A stretch of 63,808 bases of DNA, counting the filler, from Reticulomyxa filosa (lineage: Eukaryota; Protista; Foraminifera): assembly GCA_000512085.1 (NCBI GenBank). It is 18 parts of 18 records of this genome, joined end to end, with 100 filler letters (N's around TTAATTAATTAA, not from the genome) between each part and the next. Parts side by side here need not be neighbours in the genome. Positions count along the whole stretch, not along the records: positions 38,640 to 39,819 come from ASPP01033345.1; positions 39,920 to 42,879 come from ASPP01021762.1; positions 42,980 to 56,838 come from ASPP01011827.1; 15 more parts are not named here. One strand, 5' to 3'. The translations under genes were made by a program, and so were the position numbers. The notes under the pieces were generated by a model, which saw only the letters and a list, made by a program, of their open reading frames with translations, was not told the origin of the DNA and did not search any database. Below, piece by piece: positions 39,561-52,559 of the stretch (positions are counted from its first letter, which is position 1; every line of letters begins with the position of its first letter).

Positions 39561-42149
39561 TGATTTTTGTGATATTGTTAGTATTGTGTGGTTTTTAACC
39601 TTTTTCACCATTTGGCAACGTTTTTGTTGCAATTCATTTTCGGGGGGCTATTTTAGTCGGTTCTGCATCTTAAGTGTTGTGTGATGTGAGAGGTGGAAGT
39701 CTTTAAAACATACAGCGTATATTGACCTCAGTTGCTTTAAGTGAAACTCCTGTTAATTGAGATAGTAACTCCTTTACTTGTGTGAGAGGGTATCGATCCT
39801 AGCTTAGCCTTAAGGGTGTNNNNNNNNNNNNNNNNNNNNNNNNNNNNNNNNNNNNNNNNNNNNTTAATTAATTAANNNNNNNNNNNNNNNNNNNNNNNNN
39901 NNNNNNNNNNNNNNNNNNNGGGCCACTAATACTATTGATCGACATGCTTGCTTTTTTTCTTTTTCTTTTTTCCTTCTCTTAATCTACTATTATTCTTTTT
40001 CTTCTTCCTATTCTTCGTTTCGCTCCAAACCTAAAGTACATAACTCTACAATGAAAAGGTATGTTCACATTATTTTGATTAAGACATTATTACAATAACT
40101 GAAAATATATACAAATAATATATACCTTCAAATAGGCAGTGTAATTTTAAATTGATTCTCAAATTCCAATTGACCAATTTGTGGAGCCTGTCCCAAGATT
40201 GCTGAACCTGGTTCCGATTCATTTGTCTGCAGGCCGTGTTAATAAGTTCAACATTGAATGCCTGTAGCAGCACAATTTGGAGAGGAAGTAATATGAGCAG
40301 CGGATGAGTTCAGATGAGCCATAAACAGTACCAGTACCATCTGCTTCCCATTCAGTCAAGATATAATCAGCAATAGGATACATATTATGTGCCGACTCTG
40401 ATTTGGACAGACTATTAATTCATTTGAATAAAGTTTTTGTTTTAAATTTACATATATAAATAATACATCAATTGTAAATTATTGAAGAAGGAAAAATGCA
40501 ATTACTTTCTCCGAATGTAATTCAACCGGTTGGCTTTTTTCTCCTTTTGATGGCGAAATTTGGGCACGCAGGATTTGGCACTGTATTGTCTTGAGTGTAA
40601 TATTCAGCTCGTAAGCATACAAATATTAATAATATGGGGCATATCTTCGAGTTGAAGACAAGCTATGAATGCTTTGTAATACTATCTGAGCTCTCACAAA
40701 TCTGCCTAAGATTCGAGAATAAAGCTGAACTGGTACGATTGGTAGTCAGCAATTCACTCGGATATCTTCATTAAAACTTCACATAAAAAAACGAATCTTA
40801 AATTGAAATATTAGACCATTGTTCGAGTTATTCTCCAAAGACTGATTTCACCCATTTGAGTTATTCCATTTTCTAATTGCATTTCATCTTGCTTATTTGT
40901 ATTATCAAATACTCTTTGTTCTCGTTGTTTGCAAAATTGATTGTTCTGTTTTATTCATTTGCTCTTGACATTGCCTTTGTGTTCATCGATATTATCGCCA
41001 TCATTGTCGTTGCGATTTGCGTATGATAAGCAGTTCGATTTCTATAATGATATACGTATGTCTTATATTTAACAAACACATGACAAAAAGGATATAAACT
41101 TAACTGATGTTGTTATCTTCTCGCATGATAACAATTATTTTTTTCCAATTAAAAAACTAAAAAACTAAAATTTCAAATATAATTTTTTTCAACTTTTTAT
41201 TCTTTTTTTCAATTTATTTATTTTCTTTTTTTTCTCCTTCATTTATTTATTTTCTTTCTTATTTTTTTCTAACAGTTTTTCTTTTCTTTATAATTTTTTT
41301 GCTTTTTTCTATCACTTTTTTTTTACAATATTTTATTCTAACTTTTTTTTATTTCATATTATGTCCTTTTTTTTATTACTGCATTTTTTTTCTTTCATCC
41401 TCTTATCTTATTTTTTCCCTTTTTTCACCACACAATCACCCAATTTTTTTCTATTTTTCACAAATACAATTTTAAGAAAAAATACAACATATTTTTGTCC
41501 TGGATATCTGTGTACACACAAAAACAAAGCATATTTTATAATATTTTAAAGAACAAATAAAAAACATATTTAATTTTGATAAATGTGGCACGATCCAATT
41601 TCTTTTTCTTTTTCCTGTGTAAACACTTTACATAAGTTTGTTTTTTGGGAGGAGGAATAACAAATACATAATAAATAAATATATACATATATATCATTTT
41701 TTCTTTGAAGGGGGAATTCCTATTTATCACAAGGACAATCAAGTTAAATAAGAAAACAATATATAAATAAATAAATAAAAACATACAAACCTTTCTTTTT
41801 TTTTTCTGACACTGGGTAGATTTCAACCCCAGTTTTTTTTCTGTGTGTGCGTATATAGGAAGTGGGACATAATCTGTACATCTTTGCGGGCGGGGGAATC
41901 TATATTATAAATAATACAACATTTGAAGATATTCAGAAAAAAAGGATCAATCGAACAAACCTATATTTTTCCTTGCGGAGACGGGGGTGGTTTCTACCCC
42001 ATGTTCTTCTTCTTGAATTGGTGGATGTTCTATAGTAAATAAACACACAAGCTATAGTTATAAATTGAACATATGAAAAACAAAAGACTTTACCTTCTCT
42101 TGGTGCTTCATATTGCAATGCACCGCTCGCATGCAAGCCACAACAATAT

Positions 42150-42780
42150 GTGGTATTCATTTATTATTTGCTGCTCTTCCAATTCCAACAATTATTTGTT
42201 CCTATTGTGTGCCATTGACCAACCCCACAAGTATTTCCTATGCACAAGTAATAAACAAAAGAATGATGTCTATAATCGCAACAACAAAAAAAAAAAAACA
42301 AAAATAACTTGGCAACATCCAGTGATATCGTCAATATTTTTGATTGAACCATTGAGACATAGTGTTCACATCATTGTTATCCTCGAAAGATTTGCGCTGT
42401 TGAGTGTAAATGATTTGGTGTGACTAGTGGCATTGTGTGGAAGAAGCGATTATTTGCAATGCGAGTCTGTTTGTATATTGCGTGCAGTATCCTGTGCTGA
42501 CGGCTAAGTGCCATTAGAAGCCACGCCTTTAAGAATTGAGTGCTTGTTTGCATAAAAGAGGATGGGCACCACGACCGACTTGATCGTCGGATGTGTTGTC
42601 TCCCAGTCTCCTCATTTGCGCTAACAGCGCCTCTATCACTAAAGGCAATGCCTTTTGGACGATGGAATGGCAACAACAAATTTTTCGTCATAGTTTGTAC
42701 CAGCAATTGCAGCTGGCTGGACAATGTGTCAAAGTCTGTGTTGTCCGTCCATTTTCCATTCAATAACGGCACCACGTAGT
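42150..42780 (-). pseudogene. Possible decayed DNA transposase (Mutator/MULE-like)
   Basis: Fragments VPLL..IAFSDRGA..RSWCPSSFMQ, WFNQKY and GTNNC follow the order of MULE motifs (SD, CxxH, TNN). Interrupted by stops and frame changes. Confidence 0.3.
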
Positions 42781-42979
42781 CACACTATCAATTTTTGTTT
42801 ATTATCAAACAAAAAAAGTAAGATTAAAAAAAAAAAGAACTTAACATTGCAGCATTGTACAATATTTTCAAAATAACCGNNNNNNNNNNNNNNNNNNNNN
42901 NNNNNNNNNNNNNNNNNNNNNNNTTAATTAATTAANNNNNNNNNNNNNNNNNNNNNNNNNNNNNNNNNNNNNNNNNNNN

Positions 42980-45900
42980 ACAACGTATGTCATACGATTC
43001 ATGCCCGTCACGCAGTAGCAGTTACATGGAAGAGTGCGTGAAAAGCAGTAATAAGATGGCGGTGCGGTGTTGCCTGAATAAGAATGTGGGATGTATTGGT
43101 AACGACACATTGATGACATTGACAGCAAGCGAGAACTGGTGCAAAAAGAACCACGCCCACTTGTGTACCATAGCAGAATTGAACAGTGGCATGTGTTGTC
43201 ATCAAACAAATGGACAAGTGTGGTCCAATGATACCTGTCAAGGTATTTGTATATGTACAATATATAAATATATATGTATATATACATTTATAAACATATG
43301 CATGTATGTGAAAAAGAAAAGGGTATGAAGCGGTCATTAAAAAAAAAAAAAAAAAAAAAATGTGTTTTGAAACAGCGAAAACAGTGTATTGTTCGGAGAC
43401 GAGAAGCGAAGGCAAAGGACAAACAGCAAACGAGATAACAATCGGACAGTACGCGAATGACTATCGATTGAAAGAAGTGAGGGTGTATGTGTACTTAGAG
43501 ACCGACGACAAAGGGGAGAAGTCGATCTACTTAAAGAAAGGAGGTCAGACGGTGATATTAGCGCAGGACTATACGGACACGGACGAAGTGACATATGGCC
43601 TTGAGTTTGCTGACGACAGTAAGTACACGCAAGTAGTTTCAAATATATCGGGCGATAGCAACTTTGAGTACATGCCAGTGCAGTCGTTGTCGCAATTGAA
43701 CAATGGCTCCACCTCTGGCCATTATCAACTGTCGGTAGTGTCCACCGATTCGTTGTCGTCCATCGTCGTGAATCAATGGTGTGTGGAGGTCGTCTATCAG
43801 CGTCTTTTGCACATGATCACGACGTATTTCATTGACATGCCCAACACAGCCTCGCCAGAGCCGCCCCTTGATCCCACGCTCCATCAATGCTCGCCTTACA
43901 GCAATGTCGTGTACAACGCTACCAGTCAGGACATTGTCAACTCTACACATGTGTCTGCAGATTCGTTAGAGCGGGTCGCGTGTACCCACTGGTTCGATCA
44001 AGGCGGGGCTTTACAAGCGTGCATTGCACATATCAGTTTTGCACTTTTTTTTTTTAAATTTAGACCCTTTCATACTATATATACATATATAAAAATATAC
44101 ATATATATATGTATATATATATATATATATATAATGTTAATGTGGTTTATACAGATGCGTCCGAATATAATTCGGGCACACAAGAGTATTATCATATTTG
44201 CCAGTTTGTGATAATTGGGTCCAATGCGAGTGACATTGATGGATGTGTTAATTGGAACGACAAAACCACCACTGTCGTCAACATGTCGCAAATGACGAAC
44301 GGTGAGACGCGCTTGGTGCCCGGCGAGATTCGATGGACGTCGTCGTTTTATATGCAAATGCCACAGTTTTGTCCGTCTTCGGTTTGCGCGAATCAAAGCC
44401 AGTTCATTTGCATCGACTACATCATGCAGGATACACTCTTGTGGGCACTCGACTCGGCGTCTTTGTCCGTTTATGGTATTGAGTGGAACGCTCAGGTGAG
44501 GTTGCTTACAAATATTTGTATTTTTTGCATGTCTATTAAAAAAAAAAAAAAGGGGGAACACATTGAAACATTATGCAATGGTGAACAACATAGATAAATC
44601 AAACCTTTTGGGCTTTGGAGAGCAGTGGAGATGGCTTTGCTCAAATGTCGATGTTGGGTGACACCTGGATGTTGCTTGAACGTGGACAGGAAGTACTTCA
44701 CTTTGTCGAGAGGTCTTCAGATGTACCTGTGATCAACATTAGTCTAACGTTAAGCAAAGGGGGGGGGGGGAAGGAGGGAGAAACAAAAAAAAAGGGAGGG
44801 GGGGAAGAAAACAAAACAAAAACAAAAAAAAACATTGATTTACAACATTTAAATTTTTTTTTTTTTTTTAAAAAAAAAAAAAAGAGATGTGACAATAGCC
44901 GGAGTGATATCAAATGGTGTCAATCAAACGATGCTTCGAATGGAAGCGTCGTCGATCGAGAATGTGTTACTGAGACGATTGGCGGTGGAAGGGTATGGAG
45001 GACGCGTATTGTTTGGGAAGTCGATCCCGGTGTTTGAGGTCGATAATTGTGAGGTGAATTTGATTACTACTTCGCAATTGACCTCAGCGGTGCTGTTTGA
45101 AGCACACGGCGTCAGATCTCTTTCTATTGCCAACTCCTCGTTCGAAGATATCCAAAATACCCAAGGCAGCTGCAACATCTTCTCCGTCTCCATGGCACGA
45201 CCGCTGTTCATCCATGTTCGAAATACTACCTTTGACACCATCCGCGGAGACATCTTCACCATTGTTGTCGATCTGTTGCCACAATACGTTACCGTCCAAG
45301 ACGTGTCTTTTACAAATATCCAAGGTTAAATTGTACACTAATTTATTCTTTTTTTAAAAAATATGACGATTAATCTATTTATATACATATTACATGTATA
45401 TGTATATACTTTTTTTTTTGACAAAGTATGATTTTTTTTTTTAAAATTGTTTGTTGTTGTTGTTGTTGTAAACGGAGGAGGACAGGCGCGACGATGCAAT
45501 TGACGACGAACCACTCTTTGGCTGGACTCAACGACGTGTCCAACTCATTCAAGATGTCCATCGCCAATTGCTTGTTCGAACGATTATCCGAGTCAGTGCT
45601 AAGCATTGCCATTCCCTCGCAAATGTCGATCGTCGACACCTCGTTTCGACACTGCACAAACGTGACGCTCTTGTGCGCTCATTGCGTGCAATTCAAAGCG
45701 CAGTCCGTCGTTTTCGCTGACATTAGCCAACCCAAAGATTTGCTTGTCCTCAATTCTAATCTTCTACTTCATAACCTCACTACTGGTTTGTCTTCTTCCA
45801 TCTTTTTGTTTTTTTTTTTTGTTGTTTTTGGTATGATAGAGCAAAAAGGATAAGGAGGGAGAGGAGAGAGGGGGAAAAAAAAAAATTTTGTATATTGAAA

Positions 45901-47867
45901 TGGATTTGCATATATATAGAACTCACAAATGTAACATTTTCAAACGTCGAATGCACATGGCATTATTTGATCTCAAGCCAAAATTCTTCGATGTTCATAT
46001 TGAACGATATCTATTTAATTGGAACAATCAACCCCCTTTTCACGATTTCTTCCAAGTTCTCTTCGATTCGCTCCCTCACTTTGATTAACAACACTTTCGA
46101 CTCAATGCTGTACGCATCCCCAAATTATGCACCTGTTTTTAATGTTTACGTCGCCAATTTTTCTTCTTCTCAAGGTACATCATTCTTAATACAAAATAAT
46201 GTTTTTTTATGTACGTTTTTATATACGTATATTCATTCCCTCCCTGACAACTGCCAAGGGGAAATCTTTACAAAACAAGTAATAAATAATAAACACTAAA
46301 TAATAAAGGGGCAAAAAATGGATTAGAAATTGATGGTGTGGTAATAAGCAGTTCGACAAGAGATATTTCGGTGGAATTGATCCACATTGACTACAATAGC
46401 GAGGGACCAACATCAATATCGAATGTTCAAGTCAATGGATGGAATGGACCACTCTTTCACATTTTCACCAGCGCCAAAGTTCCGGGACAAATAGTTCTTC
46501 ACAATGTTAATGTTCGTAATCATCACAACTCGGATATTAACCACAGTTCTGTATATACATGTACATACATATGTATACGTATATGTATACGTATATGTAC
46601 ATGTACTAGTATTGGGAAAATTGCAAAAGCTATGAATATTTGTGTTGTGGGATTCGTGTTTAGGTTGTGTGTTATGTTTGGATGGTCAAGAATATTATGG
46701 CGCCATCACGCCAACGGTGAAGATCTCCAACTGCGTGTTTGCCCAACTCTCCGATAGTATCGCGATTAACATTGCACTACCTAGCGCTTATTCGACCGTG
46801 TGGATCCAAGATTTTTCTCTCCAGCATTCAATCAACACTGTGGTATTTATTCAGGCAAGGTATATTAATGTGCAGTCTGCCATGTTTGCCCACAGTCAGC
46901 AATCCGACGACACCCTGGCATTGGCATTACTCGATCTATCCATCGTTTTGGATTTGTATGATCAAAGCAACCACTTAGGTATGGAATATATACATATACA
47001 TATACATACATATATATGTACATATATATGTATATAAATGTTTATGTCCAATATATATATGATGTGCATCGGCAAGAATACAAATAAATACACCACAATG
47101 ATGACGACAGAGGGAGTGATAATGCACAATGTGACTATTTACAATAATACATATCATTCGGGCGTATTGCAGTCCAAAGGCGAGTTTGACCGAGGTACTT
47201 GGAATTTGTCTCGGTGCAATTTTGAAAACAATTACGGGGGAATGTTTATCAGTGATGGCACTCGCGCATCGATTGAGCACTCCAAAATCATTGGTTTTAA
47301 TCCATTGTTTAGTTCCATCTTATCTTTTGTTTGTTTTTATATACACATATATATATGTATATGTATATGTATACTATAAAAGATAATAATTAATAATAAT
47401 AAACAAAAAAAAAAAAAAGATCCGATTCATTGGGCTTCAATGTGTTAATCGACGAAGTAGCGACTGTTGTGTTCGACAGCTGTGTGTTTGAAAACAACAA
47501 CGGCGACCATTATGGTGGAGGTGCATTGCGTGTAGATAACGTGAAGCACTCGTTGACGATAACCCAAACCGTATTTATGAACAACAATGCGTACATGGGA
47601 GGTGCGATTATGAGCATCCACACACCGGTGGTGGCGTTGTCGAGCTGCATCTTCTACAACAATAGTGCGTCGCAAGACGGCGGTGCTGTCTATTTTGACT
47701 ACCCACCTCTGTCCTCCAGCGACTCCGCTGACGTTCACGTGTCCGCTTTCAACACGTCCTTTATTCTCAATGTCGCTGGTTTCAAAGGTGGAGCTATTCA
47801 TTCCAGTCTGGGCGTATTACAGCTCGAAAAATGTCTATTATCTGATAATAGTGGAGAATTTGGTATG

Positions 47868-47901
<34 letters not shown>

Positions 47902-50028
47902 GATATTGTCCACCATCTTCCATGCTCATTACTTTTATTATTATTATTTTTTTTGTCTTGTGTGTTGTTTGTTGACGAACAAAAATGCCGACTGCAGGCG
48001 GGGCCGTTAGTTTGAACGGAGAAAATGCAATTGAAATGAAAAATTGCCAAGTGATGAGAAATCTTGCACTACTGGGAGGCGCTATTGCGGAATCCGAGGG
48101 CAACAGTCATTTCAAATATTTAAACAACACACAATTCTTGCAAAACGCCGCCGTATTAGATGGTGGGGTCCTGTTCCTCACATCTCCCAATTGGGTCATT
48201 TTCAACTCGACTTTTTACAATAACACTGCCTACGATAGCGGAGGTTGCCAATACACACACACATAATATATACATATATGTATATATGTGTGTATATGTT
48301 TACATTGTATCTTCATTTTCAATTCTTTCGATTCTTTGACATCAGTCAGTAGATACATTTAAAATAAAATAAAAAAAAAAAACATATACATATATGTATA
48401 CAAATACAGGCGTGCTGTACACTGAAACCTCACCTTCCATTTCTTTGCAGTCATCCACGTTCGAACACAACACTGCCTTTGTAGATGGTGGGTGTTTCGC
48501 TCTTCGAGGGTTAGCTTTTTGTGTTGATGTTTTTTGTGTGTATGTGGTGTTAGCTACGTTCATTCAAATATATATATATATATATATGGAGTGTGTGTGT
48601 GTAAATGTATGTATTGATATGGAATGCTCTGCAAATGGAAAAACAAGGGTCGCGGAGCGTGGCAACTTGGTTGCAACCATTGACAGTTTGTTTTTTTTGT
48701 TGTTGTTGTTTATTTGTTTGTTTATTTTGTTTCAGGTTATTTACAAAAAACACAAAAAACACAAAAAAAGATTGCAATTTTTCAAGGAATAGCGCAGCAG
48801 AATATGGAGGCACAGGGGCAGTGGTATGTTATTTTTCCTTTTTTTTTGAATATATGATGTATTATTATTAGACGTATACGTACTATTTTTTTTTATTTAT
48901 TTTTATTTTTTTTTTTAAAAAGACGGATTTTACAGTATTGATAAGCAAGTCAATGTTTGATGGAGATTGCGAAGAAGACATGAATAAGAAGAGTGTATTG
49001 TGTGCTCAACAAGGCGGTCTGTTGGCAATAGACACGGCAGACATGCAGAGCGTGAGCAAAGTGTCATTGGCGACAGTGCACATGCGAAGAGGGACGAGTG
49101 AGGTTGGCGGAGCGTTCCTGATTCGACACAATGTGAATAGCACGTTGGAGTTGTATTTGAAAGAGGTGACATTTGAGAAAAACAATGCAACGCAGTTGAC
49201 ACAAAGTTCGGACATGGGTTTATTCCAAAGTTTCGAAGGTGGGTTGAATGTGATATTCAGTAACTTGAGTGACGACATTAAAGCGATATCTTGGCCAACG
49301 CGCGTCCAATTCGAAGTGGCCGACACAACCACTTGTCCTAATTGTCCCATGTTTGCTCGGCTCCAAGCCTTTGACTATTTCAATCACTCATACACTCCGA
49401 TTGAGTACTGCGACGTTAGCGGGGCCTGCTCCTTCATACAACTGCAGTTGAAATGCGTTACCAACTACACTGATACCGCGTGTCCCACCGATCAGCAATT
49501 CCCTCGCGGTCACTTTATCAATGGCGCTGGCAATATCTCCTTTGTCGCAACACCAGTTTTTATTTTTATTTTTGTTTGCATATCGATTCTGTCTCAGTAC
49601 AATATATATATACACATATACATATATAAATAAAAGGGGAAATTAGGAGAGAGTGTGACGGTGTCATTGGAATGCATGAATAATTTAGTCGGATCGATAT
49701 GTCCATTGTCCGAGTCATTACACTCGACGGAGAACAATCTGCAAGTGCCATTCGTGGATTGCTCCAGCGACCTCCGCAGCAAAGAGTACGTGAGTAGCAT
49801 GAGCAAGTGGTTCACTTGCGACCAACCCAACTTCCCCAACTACGACGTCACCAAGACCATTGGCAACAATCCCCCCATCATTTCCGCCATTGTTCTTATC
49901 GTCGTCGCCTTGTTTTTGGTTTTGGTCTTGGGAATATTGCACAACTCGGGACAGCTCGTTTACTGCGAGTTTTGTCGAATGCGTAAAGTGGAAGGAACTT
50001 ATGTACGTTGGATGTTTTTTTTTAAAAA

Positions 50029-50059
<31 letters not shown>

Positions 50060-51601
50060 AAGTAATAATAATGATCACCATCACAGCACATTATATGATA
50101 CCATACAATACGATATAATAATAGCCTGCGGCGTTGTTGCACTATTTCATACGAATGACAAATTTATTGACAGGTACATAACTCTTAAACAAACAAGTAG
50201 TTCAGTTTGTAGCAAAAGAACATATAATTGTGTGCCTGTTTGTATTGTTGTTATTATTGTTGGGGGGGGGGGGGGGAATTGGGACTTTAAAAGATATAAA
50301 TTTGTGCCAAACGTTTTGGCGTTGCTACTCGTATTTAAAAGACGGAGGCATTGGTGGATCGAAAGAGGTATGGCTGGCGTTGTCGATATTGGTCACCGTG
50401 TTTATTGTACTGCCGTGGACAGCCAATGTGTTTTATGCACTCCGCATCAAGCGACATACGCATGCATTTATGCCCTACAACAAACACAGCCGAACCATGT
50501 ATCAATCCAAAGGCTCCCTCTTTATGCTGCTGGTCGCTTGCTGTGGGGATTTGTACGTGACATTGTCGACCATGAACTGCCGTCTGTTCGGACTGCATGC
50601 ATTTTATTTGGGATTGACGTTGCCCGAGTTGCGAGAATTTGCCTGGTTCAAAGTGATTACCACGACTGTACTTGAGAACATGATGCAAGTAGTATTGCAA
50701 TTGGTTGCGCTTTTTTACACGGAACAAAACACAGCGACGGATGTGGATGGGAGCATCTACCTGGCCATGATTTTAAGTTTGATGTCCATGCTCGCCATGA
50801 TTCTCACTTTTTGGCTTCGAAAGAACGACTTGGTGGTCAAATACTCGTTCGAATTAACTCTGGATCTAAACATGGCCTCCATCACCAATTCAAAGAAACG
50901 ACAATTGTTGGTGGATCACATCCGCAGGTACTCTGGCAGATTCGAAACAATCGCGGAGACATTGGCCAATGGCTTTGAACATTTGCACCGAAAGCAAATT
51001 TTAATTGGAAACATTATCGTCACTCAACATGTCCTTCATGTCTATGGAAACATTCTACTCCCTGATCAACATCCACAATGGGCTCCCGGCGGAGGGTCTG
51101 CCATTGACTCTTATGTTCTTGTTCCTGATCAAGAAAATGACTCTAACATCCCTAATTTACGTGGCAACAGGTTTGGTTTTGTTTGAGTGAGAGAGAGAGA
51201 GAGAGAGACAAAGGGGGAGGGAGGGGGGAAGTGGAAATAAAAACCAAAAAAAAAAAAAAAAAAAACCGAAAATAAATAAAAATAAAAATAGTTCATATAA
51301 AAGCGTTAATGTAAGTGCCATGTGCAAGGAGCTTCTCATGCACGGATTTGAGTTGAATGCAAGATATGGAGCTCTTTTGAACTCCAACAAACTCTTGTTC
51401 AATGCTGAGTTCAAAATCTTTGAGTCCAACTACAGTGTGCGTTCTCCTCCAATTTCTGGTGGGTTCTTAACTGCTATAACTGGTGGTAAGGATCCATCTG
51501 TTTCGGTGGAGTTGTCTGATGTTCCGGAACAGGAGGCAAGTGTGACCGCCTCTGGTTTGGAAGTTTTCTATGATGAATTGAAGAACATATACAGAAGATA
51601 A
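42980..51601 (+). CDS. Very large multi-exon surface protein: Cys-rich module, P (proprotein-convertase) domain, pectin-lyase-like beta-helix with GGA(I)/FxxN repeats, and multi-TM C-terminus; 5'-partial
   Basis: VRCC..C..LCTIAELNSGMCC..VW (42990-43240); SLSQLNNGSTSGHYQLSV..VNQWCVEV (43680-43800); repeated FENN..GGGAL, FMNN..GGAI, FYNN..GGAV, FLQN..GGVL (47430-48830); at least 5 TM segments at 49860-50820. About 18 GT-AG introns. Confidence 0.85.
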
Positions 51602-52559
51602 GGAACATTTCCTGATATGTTCAAAATAATGATTAACAATATATTCACAAACACATACCAAAAAAAATACAAAAAGAAGTCTATTTCTAAAGGGGATGGA
51701 GAACGTCAATTCGTTCTTTTGTGTCGCCGTTTGAATTGAGAATTTCTTTTCACTTTTTTTTAATATTACAATTTCTTACTAAACGGCACGGTTTTTTCGT
51801 CAATCCTCTTATAATCTTAGATTTTGAGGGTAATCATTTTTTTTGTTTTTTAATCTTTGCTGCGCTACTTCATTGTTTGCTTTTTATATTATAGGAGTGT
51901 ATTGCAAATAAAAAAAATCAAAGCTATCCCATTATTGGTACACTTGTAAGGTGTTGAACGGTACAATAATGTTCATAAAAGTTTTCTACGACTCAATATG
52001 CACTCTGTTTTAATAAAATTGCTCTTTGCAACTGTAAATGTTGTTAAAATCTGTTGATGTGTTTTTTGAAGTGGTTAAACTTTGCGAGATGCAGAATTTC
52101 AAAGTTGTTGAATTGAGACCTTAAAAAAAAGAGTAGTTTTGGGTGAATTATTTATGATTCTTATACAATTCTTCAAAAGGTTAAAGCAAATCAAAACAAA
52201 CAAATAATAACTGCAAAATATTTTCTAATAAAAATATATTGCTATAATCAAATAAAACAAAAAGATAATTAAAGTGAAGATATTCAGTTGGAATAATTTG
52301 GAAAAATGCAATAAAAAAACAAAACTTCCTATTACTTCTTCAATATGTTTTTTTGTTAATAGAAATTTCAAATAAGTGTTTTACAACCTCTAAAATGTAA
52401 ATTAAATATTTTTTAACATTAACTGCTTTTGCTTTTCTGGCATGGTGTAAACAAATCGAAAGTTTTAGAAAAGGTACATCAAAATTCTCAAAAGATTATT
52501 GGGAGAATTGAATACGATCCACATTTTCATCAATTATCAACTACGACCTCATCATAGTG

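Noticed and set aside
39796-39819. CCTAGCTTAGCCTTAAGGG at a contig end as a telomere seed
   Set aside because: It is not a tandem repeat and is too short to support.
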